A stretch of DNA of 64,000 nucleotides from the human T2T-CHM13v2.0 reference genome, Homo sapiens, in NCBI RefSeq assembly GCF_009914755.1, contig NC_060939.1; one strand, given 5' to 3'. Positions 17,202-33,370 of this stretch are shown here, piece after piece. The notes below the pieces were generated by a model, which was given only the letters and a program-made list of their open reading frames with translations, made no database searches and was not told the origin of the DNA. Numbering within the stretch: position 1 is the stretch's first letter; every line of letters begins with the position of its first letter. The position numbers were made by a program, and so were the translations under genes.

Positions 17202-17869
17202 TTCTCCTAGTCTGTTTGTGTTGCCATAACAAAGTACCATAGACGGGGTAATTTATAAGAACAGAAATTATTTCTCACAGTTCTGGAGGCTGGGAAGTCC
17301 ATGACCAAGGCACTGGCAGGTTTGTTGTCGGGGAGGGTCTGGTCTCTGTTTCCAAGATGGTGCCACACGGTGGAAGGCAGAAGGGCAAGAGGGACTTACT
17401 CCCTCCATCAAACCCTTTTATAAGGGCACCTAGTCTCAGTCCTCAGGGTGGAGCCCTCATGGTCTAATCCCCTCTTAAGGGTTTCACCTCTTTTTTTCTT
17501 TTTTTTTTTTTGAGACAGAGTCTTGCTCTGTCACCCAGGCTGGAGTGCAGTTGCATGCTCTCAGCTCACTGCAACCTCTGCCTCCTGGGTTCAAGCAATT
17601 CTCCTGCCTCAGCCTCCCCAAGTAGCTGGGATTATAGGCGCCCGCCACCACACCTGGCTAATTTCTGTATTTTTAGTAGAGACAGGGTTTCACCATGTTG
17701 CTCAGGTTGGTCTCGAACTCCTGACCTCAAGTTATCCGCCTGCCTCGGCCTCCCAAAGTGCTGGGATTACAGGCGTGAGCCACCGCGCCCAGCCAAGTCT
17801 TCACCTCTTAATATCACTATCACGTTGGCAACACCTGAAGTTTGGAAGGGATACATCTAAATCATAGCA
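17202..17869 (-). mobile_element. MLT1A/MST-like MaLR LTR interrupted by an Alu
   Basis: TTTCTCACAGTTCTGGAGGCTGGGAAGTCC...AAATCATAGCA; TSD ATCCT/ATCCC. Confidence 0.85.
17491..17794 (-). mobile_element. Alu (AluS-like) nested in the MaLR LTR
   Basis: PolyT plus Alu; TSD TTCACCTCTT. Confidence 0.97.
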
Positions 17870-18259
17870 ATCCCCAAACCTTATCCCCAGTATGCGAGAC
17901 TGTATTCAGTTAAAGAAAACATGTCCTAGAAATGATATATATGCTCAGACCTCAGGAAAGGTCACTGATACAAGGGAGTGTGTGATTTTCTTCAGGAGAA
18001 AATGACTGATGACCACAGTGGATTCAAAGAGCATGGAATAAAATCATTGGCTTGGTGACCCAGTCTGAAAACAAGAAAAATGTTAAGCCAGGTGAAAATA
18101 GGCTTTTCTGCAGCCAGGCTGCAGAAAAGGGCCAATATCTGTACATGCAAGAATAAAGGGGAAAGGAAAAGGAAGATGCCGAGTCTTCATCAACCTGGAC
18201 AGAGAGACAAAATGGGCCTATTTATTGTGAGTTCCAAGGCATGCTGGGTAGGGATGCTT

Positions 18260-18430
18260 AAGAGCCTGTGGTTGCTTTGGGATCCTGACAGGCCCCATCG
18301 AAACAAAAGCTATTTGACCTTGGGTGAATCACATAGTCTCTCTGAACATTAAGATTTTATCTGTAAAATGGGAGCGTAAGTTGATGTGCATAAAGCGTCT
18401 GGCAGGCAATAAGGGATCAGTACCTAAAAA
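18260..18430 (+). mobile_element. MIR
   Basis: TGACCTTGGGTGAATCACATAGTCTCTCTGAAC...TTATCTGTAAAATGGG. Confidence 0.65.
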
Positions 18431-19599
18431 GAGTTCAGCATTGGATTCCTGTTATTTTCTTTGGGAAGCTTAAGTTTGAGCCACGTTATCACATTTCCTG
18501 TCTTCTAATTAGCCCTGACAGGCTCGTAAAAGAGAGACCTGGCTTAGGCACAGCAGCTCTGGGCTCCCATTAGGAGTGGTGGATCGTTTTTCCTTCTGGC
18601 CAGGATCCAGTTGGCCCCAGGTGGTAAACCTAAGAATGACTTCAATTTTTAAACATCTTGTTGCCTTAAGGGGCAAAGGTAAATAAGTCCCAAGAGCCTC
18701 AGTTTCCCAGATTCCCAAGTGTTGCCCGCATTACTGCATCTATGTTTCATTCCAGGTATAAAATGCTAGATTTCTGAATGTGGATTTTCCTTCCCAGGAA
18801 GCCTAAAGATAATATAGATATCTATTTAGTTGAGTGCCTTTTGCCAGGAGACAGGAGAATGGAGAGAATGATCTGTTGAATTTTATTTTTAAGCACAACA
18901 TAATCCTTAGCAATGGTTAATTTGCTTAATAAATAATTGTTGAATATTATTACGTTCCAGGGAGATACAAGTGCTCAGGTGAGACAAAGAAAAGTAAAAC
19001 ATAGTCCTTGCCCTTGAAGAGTTTATGGTCCAAACGGGGCTAAAACTAGGACACAAATTATTACACTCAAGGCACAATGCAATAAGGACCACAGACCAGA
19101 TGGGAACAAAACGAATCAGGGGTTTTGAAGGAAATTTCCTCTAGGAGATTTTTATTACATCAGCAACACTCTAATAAAAATAATACCCTAATAAATAGTG
19201 ATTTTCCTTTCTCTCTGTTCCCTTATATATCCTTATCCATACATTTATGTGATTTTTATAGTGTAGTCACAATAAACTTTGTGTCTCGTGAGCATTATGT
19301 TATAAGCATTTCCTTTGGCTAAATAGTCTTCATCATCATAATTTCCATCTGTCTGAGTGTAATTTCCTTTAGAGTCCCCTGCTGTGAGATAGTTGGGCTA
19401 TTTCCAGTCTTTTCACTGTTAAAAATTATGATGACTATGATGCAAGAGGTATCTTTATGCACGTAGCTTTTTTTTTCTTTAGTGTCATTTTGTTTAGCTC
19501 AACTCTGCAAAATAGGATTGATGGGCATCAAGGTACAGGAACATTTCTGTCTCTTTTGAAATATATTACTTCATTGTTTCCCCCAGAAGTTTGGGCCCA

Positions 19600-20110
19600 T
19601 GTATTAGGCAGGGTTCTCCAGAAAAACACAACCAGTAGGATACATATAGATATATAGAAAAAGGTTTATTCTGAGGGATTGCCTACTATGGAGGCTGAGA
19701 AGTCCTGTAACTGCTGTCTGCAAGCTGGAGGCTCAGGAAAGCTGGTAGTATAATTCCAGTCCAGTCCCAATGGTCTGAGAACCACGAAGCCGAAAGCATA
19801 TGTCCCAGTCCCAGTCCAAAGGCTAGAGAACCAAGAACACTGATATCCAAGGACGGGAGAAGATGGATGTCCCAGCTCAAGCAGAGAGATCAACTTCGCA
19901 CCTCTTCTGCCTTTTTGTTCTATCTGGGCCCTCAACAGATTGGATGGTGCCTGCCCACATTGGTGAGGGTGATCCTCCCTCGTCAGCCTGTCAATCCAAA
20001 TGCTTGTCTCTTCTGGAAACACCCTCACAGGCACACCCAGAAATTATGTTTTACCAGCTATGTGGGCATCCCTTAGCTCAGTCAAGTTGATACATAAAAG
20101 AAATATCGCA
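19600..20110 (-). mobile_element. MLT2 (ERVL) solo LTR
   Basis: TGTATTAGGCAGGGTTCTCCAG...CAAGTTGATACATAAAA; perfect 5-bp TSD GCCCA. Confidence 0.9.
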
Positions 20111-20539
20111 GCCCATTTACAATGTCTCCAGCAATAGATGTACCTGTTTCAGCAAAACGGTGTCCGCACTGGGTGGGCTGTTTTTGGTTTTCTTATAATT
20201 TGCTATGATTTTATAACTATGCCATGATGCCTTGTTGTTATTTTAATTCACATTTCTTTGATAACTATTTTTCCATATTCTTCCTAATCGTATCTCTTAA
20301 ATGAGTTGGCATCCTTTGCCTATTCAGGATAAACGAATAAGATTTCCACTGGCAGAGAGCCAGTGAATTGACATTTTGGGGACAAAAAATGGCTTAGTCA
20401 GGCATAGAGGCAGGAAAGCACAAGGTATTAAGGAAAACACAGACTTTTTGGGCTGGGATGTAGGTTACTAAAAAAAAAAAAAAAAACTGGTGGAGGTGAG
20501 GCTAGAAAGGAAAGTAGATGCCAGTGTATGAAAGAGTTT

Positions 20540-21142
<603 letters not shown>

Positions 21143-22106
21143 TGCCTGACCAGTTTTTAATCCTATAGGGTTTTTTCTTTTTTTTCCTTTAATTTGTACA
21201 ATATTCCTCATAGGAGTGAACAATTGGGGTGGACTGTCTCTCTCTCTTAACTCCGATGAATCTATAGGACTGCCAGTCAGGAGCAGCCTTCTCCATATGC
21301 CCCTGTCACCTCTAGCCAAATTCCTGATCCTCTTGCTTCTTTTCCACCTGGAACCTGCTGATTCCTGGGGCTCCCACCCCACCTGGCTCCTGCTCACCTG
21401 CTCCCTGCTTCCATCATCGGTTCGACACTCCTGGAACCCCTGGCCCCACCTCTCCTCAACTCCTCGTGACACTCACTCTCAGTGCAGGCCCAGTCTACTT
21501 CTGATTTAAGCTCTGTCCACCTGATCCAGCCTAGGGCCCAACATCAGTTCCGGGCATTGGACCCCAGGTTCTGCACCCGTCCTGGGCTCACCCTGGCCCC
21601 CTCAGGGATGTGTTCCCTCTGTCTTCCAAGAGGGTTAAAAGCCATGAGGACTCAGAAGGAGGCATCCAGTCTTTCCTCCTCTATCTGGAGAAAGAGGGGC
21701 GGCCTCACAGAACCATAGAGAAGAGGGGTTGTTGCTCTTTGAGAAAACACCTAGACTTGGTTCCTGGGAACTGCTAACTGCAAGGGGTTGGCTGTTCCTG
21801 CCCCACGGCACTGACAGGCCTTCTGGAGAATCATCTTAGTTCTACCATTTCCCCAGCCAGAGCAACATGTGCTGCTGAAAGAGGAAAAAGCTGACAAAGT
21901 AGCCCATTTCCCTTCCCATGATAAGGATACTGCATGCCCAGCTCCAGGCTCTCACATGCCCAAGGCTGCTTTGTCCAGCCAGATCTGCAGACCAGAGATC
22001 CCTTTCAGACATTTGGGGCTCAAACCCCAAGTCTCCTGATGCCCACCCCGGTGAGGAGCAGCCATTCCTGCAGGGCAGGCAGAGCAGAGACACAACCCAC
22101 TATCCA

Positions 22107-22243
22107 GGCCAGGTGCAGTGGCTCACACCTGCAATCCCAGCACTTTGGGAGGCTGAGGTGAGAGGATTGCTTGAGCCTAGGAGTTCAAGACCAGCCTGGG
22201 CAACATAGGGAGTCTCTAAAAATAAAAAATTAAAAATAAAAAA
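22107..22243 (+). mobile_element. FLAM / Alu left monomer
   Basis: GGCCAGGTGCAGTGGCTCAC...CCTGGGCAACATAGGGAG plus A-rich tail. Confidence 0.88.
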
Positions 22244-23424
22244 GTCCTATCCATGAAGTAGAAGCTCAGCAGCCTCCCCATGAGCAGGGTCTTGATGGGA
22301 AGGGCCACAGCTGGGGGCCCAGGGGTGGGGGTGGGGTTAGCCAGACTTTGTTTCCCTGAAGGCATCTGTGGCTTGTACACTTGTTAGGAGTCTTGCAGAG
22401 GATGGCACAACTGAGTCCCAGCAGCCACTTATGCACTACTTACTGAGAACATGGTGCCCTGCCCAACCCACAAAGCCAATGTCATTCTGTCCAAACCCCC
22501 TAAAACGGGAGTTTTGGAAATGCCAAGGATTTCGTCTCCAGGTGCTCCATGTGGACAAGCTCTGCTCTCTGTGGGAGGATGGCATGAAATCATGTCTATG
22601 CCTTTTGCAAATAACAAAGAGCTCCACAAAGTGTAAGGGATGATAACTGTGTTTCCCAGCACAAGCCACATCCCTTACAACTCCGCGGGCACTGAAGGAC
22701 TATCCGCAGGTCTTGTGTTTTGATATTTGGGCAGATTGCCTGGCTCATCTGCGTGGTTTTTCAGCCTGTGCTTTCTTTGCAGACAAGACTGGGATTTAAT
22801 CACATCAAAGTGGAGAGAGGCCTCAGCTAGGGTCTGGCATGGGCTGTGACAATGTCATTCAGATTCTGAACTTGTTCTTACACTTACCTGGTGCACACTC
22901 CTAAGGGAATTTTGGCAGCTCCAAAAAGGAGAAAAACATGGCTTTTGATCCTGGACCACCGTTTGCTCTCATATTGTGGGAGAGCAATTATTAACTTGTC
23001 TTCACTTGACATTTAAAAATGTCTTAGTATCTGGTTTTTATTAACAATATCCCACCAGACAGAGCAAGACAAATGAAAGAAAAAGCTTTGAACATTATCT
23101 TAGGGACCAGCTGGAGGAAAATAGAAAAAGAAGAATCTTATTAACATGTAATAATAGCTCCCCTCCACGGCACACATTCTCATTTTAGCCTCACAATCAC
23201 ATAGGGAGCTATTATCACCCTTTTAAAAATAAATGCACCCATTATTGAAATAACTAATATTTTATCTGATTTTTAAATGAAAAATAAACTAAGCTTCGTG
23301 TCCAGATTTATCAGTGCAGTGGCTTTGGGGACGCGTCTCTCACCACCAAAACAGGAGCTCTGGTAAATGTGTTGGTTTCATGATTCTTGTTATTTTTTCT
23401 GGAGATTTTCCATCTGTTCTTCCT

Positions 23425-23900
23425 TTGGCAGGCTCACACCTAACATTTGCAGGGGCTGGGATGAGAATGTAAATGGGGGCTCCCTGGCCCACGGCTCATG
23501 CCACTTCTCTACTTACCCCGGTTCCGTTTCTTACCACCGAGGGCTTTGCATGCATGTATGCAAACAACTCTGTCCAAGCTCCAACCATGTGCTTTCACCA
23601 GCAAACAGCTGTCCCTTGACCACCTCTTGGGCCCCTAGGTGTGTACATCAGATGCACTTCCCACCTTTGGGAGGATGGATTTGGGAAACAGTTCAACAAG
23701 TCCCTTGAAGAGGGCTTGGGGTCACTTCAGCAGAGAATGCCAGGACCCTCAGAGACCCCCAGGGATCTGGGGAGTGTTCCTTGTCCTTGGCTTCCCTTGG
23801 CTGCTTGTTCTCACTCCACAGCGAGGGGCAAAGCCAGAGAAATGCAGAGGGTGCTGAACAAGGACCTCAGCTGCCCTGATCTGGGGTTGATGCTGCCTTT
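23425..23900 (+). mobile_element. MER115-like (hAT-Tip100), internally deleted
   Basis: CTAACATTTGCAGGGGCTGGG...CAAACAGCTGTCCCTTGACCACCTCTTGGGCCCCTAGG resembles MER115. Confidence 0.55.
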
Positions 23901-24755
23901 GTACTTAGCACTGCCTGCCAATGGCAGGCCACCTCTGCTGAAAGACAAGGGCAGAGGGTTTGGCCACCTTAGGCCTAGCGACATCTCTGGACCCAGTGAG
24001 AAACTCCAATGTCGAATTCAGAGGGACTGAATGTCCCCTCCCGCTAAAAATTCTTCTGATGCTAAAACCGTGTCTGAGCTGTGTTTTGTTTGATAGTTTT
24101 TTCCCTAAGGCTGAAATGCCCTAGTTCTTACTTTGTATTAACAAGGCAGCTTTCAGTTGGAAAATCTCAAAGCAACTAGGAACCGCTTCACAGACAAAGC
24201 AGGGACAAGAGAGGCTCTCCAAGTTCAGGGATTGGGCAAAGGACAAGATGTCCCTCCTGCCCCTTCCTCTGACAATGAAGCCTCGCTCCCTGGGAAAGGC
24301 AGAAGAGTCACTGCTGGGTGCAGGTGCATGGTGAGCTCTGGGTCTGGAAGCCCTAAGACCTGAATGAGCACATCAGATTTTGGGTTTATAAGGACCCAGA
24401 ATTTCCAAGAGAAAATAAGCCCTTACACTTTCAGGAGAACCAATGTGCAGCCATGGCAAGGAGCTAGATTTTCCTAAAGCAAGCAGCCTCAAACTTCAGA
24501 GCCTCAAAGCAGTAAGCCAAATCTATCAGTAGGAAAATGAGGATGGAGTTTCAAAAAGAAAATGGGAACTCATTTAAACTGGCCAAAGGCATTCATGTTT
24601 GATACCAGATACGCAGTTTCTAAGAAGTCAGTGCATCCGTGCTAAATAAGATGAAAGTACTTAACTCAGGGCTTCTCAGGGTTTTCTACTGAAGCGTCTC
24701 TAATGGCAGACAGAGCCCAGTGGCTTTGCACCCAGAAACCCAGGACCATGGCTCA

Positions 24756-25274
<519 letters not shown>

Positions 25275-25681
25275 CTAACCAGGTATTGTGACTGATGAAT
25301 GATCTAAAAAAGCTGGCTTCAACCAAGACACATGTGATGTCTGATGTTGAGGTTTCTGGTTTTTAGCTATAACTCTTTTATGTTTGCTTCGAGCCTTGGC
25401 CTGGTCTAGTACCCCTGCTGGCCTTGTCTGACAAGTACCTGAAGTCAGAGGGAGGCCTCAGTCTACCTTTGTGAGAAGGTGGACCAGGTGGAGCAGCTTG
25501 GAAAAGGGGTCCCAAGGTGGCCAACAGTGACCGATAGAGAGGCAGCAAGCCAACACCTGGCAAACAAGCTCAACATCACTTGAGAAACAGAAACTGTTCC
25601 CTTCTCAGGACTTCAAGAAGTACTGCAGAGGGGGACAGACTGACTTACTGAAGTCAGGTCACGTGAGAGTGTGGAGCATGT

Positions 25682-25872
25682 CAAGGCTGTGACTAGCATA
25701 TATGATGCTCTTATGCAAACCACACAAAAGGAGCTCATCTGAACAATGAATTACGAAATGCACCCCTTTCTTCCACACTGCACATGTTACCAGGCTGGTT
25801 CAAGCCCCCACCTGTCCCCTTGCTTAGCTGCCTTTGTGCACTGCACAGCCTGCATTTGCAGAACAGTACTGG
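25682..25872 (-). mobile_element. MER91A-like hAT element
   Basis: CAAGCCCCCACCTGTCCCCTTG...CCTTTGTGCACTGCACAGCCTGCA. Confidence 0.55.
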
Positions 25873-25880
25873 TTGGATGT

Positions 25881-26284
25881 TGATATGGATCTGTGTCCCC
25901 GTCATATCTCATGTTGAATTGTAATCCCCAATGTTGGAGGTGGGGCCTGGTGGGAGATGATTGGATCATGGGCACAGCTCCCTCGTGGCTTTGTGCTGTC
26001 CTTGCAATAGTGGGTGAGTTTTCACGAGATCTGGTTGTTTAAAAGTGTGTGGCACCTCCCTGCCACTGGTTCTCTTGCTCCCGCTCCCACCATGTGAGAT
26101 GCCTGCTACCCCTTCACCTTCTGCCATGATTGGAAGCTTCCTGAGGCCTCCCCAGGAGCCAAACAGATGCCAGCATCATGCTTCTTATATGGCCTGAAGA
26201 ACAGTGAGCCAATTAAACCTCTTTTTTTATATATTACCCAGTCTCAGATATTTCCTTATAGCAATGCAGGAATGGCCTAACACA
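25881..26284 (+). mobile_element. MST (MSTB-like) solo LTR
   Basis: TGATATGG...GAATGGCCTAACACA; perfect 5-bp TSD GATGT. Confidence 0.92.
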
Positions 26285-26355
26285 GATGTTAAACAGAAGG
26301 TGACGCTAGAAATTGGAGACCGTGTAAAAACTTGGGTTTCAAAAATAATGTTTAT

Positions 26356-26650
<295 letters not shown>

Positions 26651-26702
26651 ATTAGAAAAAAAAATTCCCTTGAAATCTTCCAGTAACATCGGTGCTCTAG
26701 AC

Positions 26703-26939
26703 CAGGCGTCGGCCAGCTATAACCTGCAGACTTAAGCCTGCGAGGCTTAAATCCAACTTAGCACCTGTTTTTGTAAATAATGTTTTATTGGAACAACAAC
26801 GATGCCTATTCACTTGGATATTGTCATGGCTGCTTTGACGCTATGACAGCAGTTAGATAGTTGCTACAGAAACTATGTAGCCTGAAAAGCCTAAAATATT
26901 TACTACTGGTCCTTTATAGTCAAAGTTTGTTAAACCTTG
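26703..26939 (+). mobile_element. MER58A (hAT-Charlie)
   Basis: CAGGCGTCGGCCAGCT...CCTGTTTTTGTAAATAATGTTTTATTGGAAC; 8-bp TSD-like CTCTAGAC/CTCTAAAG. Confidence 0.85.
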
Positions 26940-27008
26940 CTCTAAAGAGAGACACCATGTTTTTCCTGTGGCTTTGCATCCCTGTTGACACACTGCTGAA
27001 TCCTTCTA

Positions 27009-27715
<707 letters not shown>

Positions 27716-27733
<18 letters not shown>

Positions 27734-27890
27734 GGAAGGAAGAAAGGAGAGAAAGAAAAGGAAGAAAAAAAGAAAGAAAGAAGAGGAGAGGAGGGGAGAG
27801 AAGAGAAGAGAAGAGAAGAAGGAAGGCAGGGAGAGGGAGAGAGAGAGAGAGAGATAAAGAAAAGAAAGAAAAGAAAAGAAAGGAAGAAAG
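27716..27890 (+). repeat. Polypurine (GA-rich) tract
   Basis: About 175 bp of almost pure A/G. Confidence 0.9.
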
Positions 27891-27896
27891 CAGGCA

Positions 27897-28367
<471 letters not shown>

Positions 28368-30379
28368 TTAGTGGGTTTTGCTGAAAACCATTGACTTATT
28401 GTCTTTCTTTCTTCACTCCCTGACCCTCGGCCCACACCCAAGTGTCACAGAGCCCTTCCAACTGCCTTCCACATGGTGTTCCCATCACCAGCCAGTTTCA
28501 GGTCTTAGCACATCTATCCCCAGTCTATTTCTGGAGCCTCCTAACTAGTTTCCCTGCCTCCAATTTTCTTCCTTTCCCCTCTCTCCCTCCTACAATTGCC
28601 AAATTAATCTTCCTAAAACAGTGCTGTCACTCCCTTCCTTCAATAACTACGCACTCACTGCCTGCATGCCTACAGCAAGAATGTCAACCCTGCTAGGTGA
28701 CAGAATGACCTAAATTCAAATTCCGATGCCCAGGCCCCACTCCCCATCCCACCATAGAATCTGATTCGTAGAACTGGTCTTGGACCCCAGCCTGTGTGTT
28801 TTTAAAAGATTGGGCATAAGTGATTTTGAGGCACAACCAAGGATGAAACGATTGGCTTACAGACATGGTTCAAACTCCTTAACCCGCCCTCAACCCACTC
28901 CTCCAAACCTACTCCCAGTGCTATTCGAATTAAGAATTAACCCCCGCCCCGAAGACTTGAATGAAGGGCTAGGGTTGAAGCAGCTTCTGCAGGGGCTTCA
29001 CCCAAAGCCCCCACCAAGCACACACAACCAGCAAAGTGGATGATCAGAGAAAAGACCAGCTCGAAGATACAACAGATACAAAGACAGGAAAAACAGATGC
29101 CTGGACCCTGCTTCCGTTCCTGAGTTTATTATATCTGAAGAAAGGTGTTCACAGGCCTAAGATTTAGTGGGCAATGGAATCGTGAAAGTGCAGTGAAGGG
29201 ACTGTTAACATTCCACTTAAGTCACTAACAACAGTTTCCTCCATTATAAGACGAAAATAATTACAATATCTGCTCCGGAGGACGTTGCAAAGTTTACATG
29301 GGATAATAAGAATGAAAACATTTTATGCTCATAAACATTTTGAATCTCAATTAGTTTCCAATAGAAATAATGCTATATAAATCTTGGTTAAGTTCCCAGA
29401 CCAACTCTCAAAAGTTTTTAACCCCAAATAGAACTGAACTAGAGTATAAATACTGCCAGCCTGAATTCTGGGTCCTAGGAGGAGGAGGCCACAGGACATA
29501 CGAGGCACGAGGTGGGAATAGGGTTTCCTTTCTCCTTTCCCAAGTACGGGATGGCCCTAGGAATATCTAGGAGATGGGAGAAACTTCCCTCTGCCGCTCT
29601 CTCTAGATCCAAGTGTGATCCTCGGATTGCCTGCATTAGAATTCATTTATTCAACAGAAATGTACTGAAAGCCGCAATGGGCCAAGCATCTGTTCTTGGC
29701 CCCTGTCCCACATTGGGAATCAATCTCTGACAGTAGGCTCCGGGAAGCTATCATTTTTAACAAGCTCTCCAAGAAAGTAGGATGCACAATAAAGTCAGAT
29801 TCCTGTGCTGGGCTGAGTTTCCTTGAATTTAGGATGCCCTAAGCCATCCAGACCAAGGCCGGACAAAAGTATCTATTACCTACCTCCCCTCCAACCAACA
29901 AAATTCCCTTCCCCTCAGTGCAACTCCTGTCTGCTCAGTAATAAAAGGAACATATAGCATCTTGCACTGCTCCTGAACATCTCTATGTTTTCCAGATTTT
30001 CTTGTTTGATATTTTAAAGTTAAGAAGAGAATATAAATAGCAACATAGGCAAGGCTGGATCTTATAATTCCCTGTATTTCCCCGATCAGGGCTCTATTAG
30101 AATTGCATTCAACGTTTGTTTATTGTCTCTCTCCCTCTTGAACACAAGCTCCTTTGTCTGCGATATTCCTAGTGCCTTACACAGTGGCTGCCACCTAGTA
30201 GGTGCTCAATAAAAATCAGTTGAAAGTTGTAAAAGAGAACAGTAATCTCCGGAAGTTAAGATTCCCACATGGTTGCTGATACTCGCAGGCGTAGTCAAAT
30301 TTTTCAGAGTCTGCCTTTAAGCCCTTAATGGATGCCTGATAATTCTCTGCAGTTTCTGACAGATAAATTAAGAGAAAAT

Positions 30380-31425
30380 AAGAGTCCAAGCCATGTGAAG
30401 GAAGACGATTTGGGACTCAGAGGCCATTGTAAGGCAGGCTGGCCCTGGGAACAACCCTGCAACAGGCTCTTGCTTTACCGCCCCTTCCTGGTTCTACACC
30501 TGAGCGCTGGACCTACCCCGCCCAGGCCCACTGAGGCCCAGGCACCCCCAACACTTCTGACTTGGATGAAGTGCTATGCCATGGGCCACGGGATCTGGCT
30601 TCTCTAGTGGCCGTCCATAGGAGGCAGGAACTCCATCTAAAAATATGAGTGAGTTGAAGCCCCGTGGGTGAACTTTGACCAATGAGAGATGGGGGATAAG
30701 ATCCTGCAGATAAATTCGTTTCTTCCTCACATCCCAAAAAGACTGTTTTGAGGCACAGTGGCCCCATGTGCCTCTCTGGAGATCTGCCATGTGAACCCAA
30801 ATGCTTTGTGTTTCTTGTGAAGCTTCAGCCAGCTTGGCAACATCATCATGAGATTACTTTCCTGCCTGTTATGGGTTGAATTGTGCCCCCACAAACATAT
30901 GTTGAAGTCCTAACCCCCAGTACCTCAGAATGTGAACTTGTTTGGAAATAGGATCATTGCAGATGTAATAAAAGACGAGGTTATACTGGAGTTGGGTGGG
31001 TCCTTAAGCCAAGGTGACTGGTGTTATAAGAAGATGAGAGACACACAGACACAGACACAAGGGGAGAACGCTATGTGACAACAGAGGCCGAGATGGGCAT
31101 TACACCACCACAAGCCAAAGAACATCTGGGGCTACCAGAAACTGGAAGAGACAAGGAAGGATCCTCCTCCTAGAAGCTTCCAAGGAAGCATGGCCCTGCC
31201 GGCAGCTTGCCTTCATATTTCTAGCCTCCAGAACTGTGGGAGAATACCTTTCTGTTGTTTTAAGCCATCCCGTATGTATTAGCAGTACTTTGTTATGGCA
31301 GCACTTGGAAATTAGTACACCATCTCACTTCCATTTTCCGCTGACTCATGCTGTGCTCTGAGATTGTCCCTCCATAAAGTGTTAGCACAGAAACTTTGCC
31401 TTAGGCTTTGTTTTCTAAGGCAGTT
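30380..31425 (+). mobile_element. Old ERVL LTR (LTR16/41/50-like) split by MLT1
   Basis: GACCAATGAGAG...; 3' end GCCTTAGGCTTTGTTTTCTAAGG typical of ERVL LTRs; boundaries approximate. Confidence 0.5.
30867..31319 (+). mobile_element. MLT1B/C MaLR LTR
   Basis: TGTTATGGGTTGAATTGTGCCCCC...CTAGCCTCCAGAACTGTG...TGTTATGGCAGC. Confidence 0.9.
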
Positions 31426-31504
31426 AACAAGGTTATATATATGTATGTGTGTGTGTACGAGTTAAAGTCCATAGTGAACTTAGATCAATGATAGATGATT
31501 TTTA

Positions 31505-31614
31505 ATATATATGCATTTACAAGCATAATATATATGCATTTACAAGCATAATATATATAATACATATAATGCATTGACTATATATGCATTACAAGCATAT
31601 ATATATATATGCTT
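31505..31614. repeat. AT-rich 23-bp tandem repeat and palindrome
   Basis: ATATATATGCATTTACAAGCATA x2 (31505-31550), a degenerate third copy, and perfect palindrome AAGC(AT)7GCTT at 31593-31614. Confidence 0.85.
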
Positions 31615-32380
31615 AAATTATTTTTGAAGGGACACATAAGAAACTGGTAAAAAGGGTTGCCCCTAGGGAGGAGAAGTAGGGGGCTGTGGGACAAGGACAG
31701 ATGAGAGAATTTTGTTTTCCTTTTTGTACCCTTGTCATGGTGGATGATATGGGTTTGTTAGTTGTTTATTTAAGGTAAATTTAAAACATTTTAAAGATAA
31801 TGGCCTAGGAGGGTCTCTGAGGCTCTAAGAAGGACAAAAAGAGTATAGAGGGACTTGTGCAGACCTGGTAACAGGTAAGGGAGGTGTGTGGATGTCCCAA
31901 AAGATGCCAGCAAATTCTGGACCAAAGGCTAGTCAAGATGAATTAAGTTTCAGGAAATAAACAAGGGCAGGTGTCTCTCTCCACTACGGAGCTAACACTT
32001 GAGCAACCCCAGGACAGAGGAGAACTCCCCAGAGAGAAGAAAGAGAAGGAGAAAATACTGACTTGAGCAAGCTTAAAACTAAAATGACCAAGAAACACAT
32101 TTAAGTGTCTGAATTTGCTTAGAATTGACTATTTTGTTATTGTTGTTTATATTTAATCAGTAGTTAAAATGGGAGCTCAAGATATTGTTTAAATTACAGA
32201 AAAACAAAATTCGATATTTGGGGGATACTCAAGGTTATAGCTTGGGAAATATTATACCCACACCTGTTATTTGGTTTAATCCTCTCAACCACCTGTATAA
32301 GGTTAGTATCCCCATTTTACAGATGAGAAAACCAAGACCTAGAGAAGTTCAATGACTTAATCAAGATTATACAACTTTGA

Positions 32381-32669
32381 GGACAGGCATAGTGGCTCAC
32401 ACCTATAATCCCAGCACTTTGGGAGGTGGAGGAGGGCAGATCATCTGAGGTCAGATGTTCGAGACCAGCCTGGCCGACATGGTGAAACCCCATCACTACT
32501 AAAAATACAAAAATTAGCTGGGTATGGTAGCACAAGCATGTAATCCCTGCCCCTCAGGAGCCTGAGGCATGAGAATCACTTGAATGCAGGAGGTGAAGTT
32601 TGCAGTGAGCCAAGATCGTGCCATGGCACTCCAGCCTGGGCTACTGAGTGAAACTGTCTCAAAAAAAAA
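32381..32669 (+). mobile_element. Alu (AluS-like) inserted in a MIR
   Basis: TSD AAGATTATACAACTT; flanking MIR CCCATTTTACAGATGAGAAAAC. Confidence 0.96.
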
Positions 32670-33076
32670 GATTATACAACTTCTAAGTGTTAGAGCTGGC
32701 ACTTGAATCTAGGCGCATGTAGACTCCAAACCTGATCCTCTCTTCCAGACTCCAGATTTCTTTTTGAGTGGGGTTTATTCCAGCATTTCTAAGAGAGGTT
32801 CACACATCTGTCAACTAAGAGGCTGGTTGGCTCTTAAGGACCAAATCATGCTCTTGGGTTGGGGGTAGAAGAGGCAGAATCAGGGGAGGAATGGAAGACA
32901 TAGAGGGAGAGACGTGAACTTCCACTCCCATCCATCTCTGTATCCCTTCTTGGAGAAGGGTCTCTTGTCTAAATGGCTCCCTCTTCCTTCAACACAATTT
33001 GATCTAAGTATGTCTCTCATTCTACCCTAATTCCTGACAACCCAGTGTTTTGGGGGCCTGATTTAAAATGGCTTGA

Positions 33077-33370
33077 AGCCAGACGTGGTGGCTTACACCT
33101 GTAATCCCAGCACTTTGGGAGGCCGAGGTGGGCAGATCACTTGAGGTCATGACTTCGAGACCAGCCTGGCCAACATGGTGAAACCTCGTCTTTACTAAAA
33201 ATACAAAAATTAGCCGGGCATGGTGGCAGGAGCCTGCAATCCCAGCTACTCAGGAGGCTGAGGCAGGAGAATCGCTTAAACGCAGGAGGGAGGCAGAGGT
33301 TGCAGTGAACCGAGATCGCGCTACTGCACTCCAGCCTCAGCAACAGAGACTCCGTCTCAATGAAAAAATT
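33077..33370 (+). mobile_element. Alu (AluS-like)
   Basis: Dimer; TSD approx. AAATGGCTTGA. Confidence 0.95.

Noticed and set aside
30186-30202. CTCF-like GCTGCCACCTAGTAGG
   Set aside because: It mismatches at a highly conserved position and lies within an L2 3' end.
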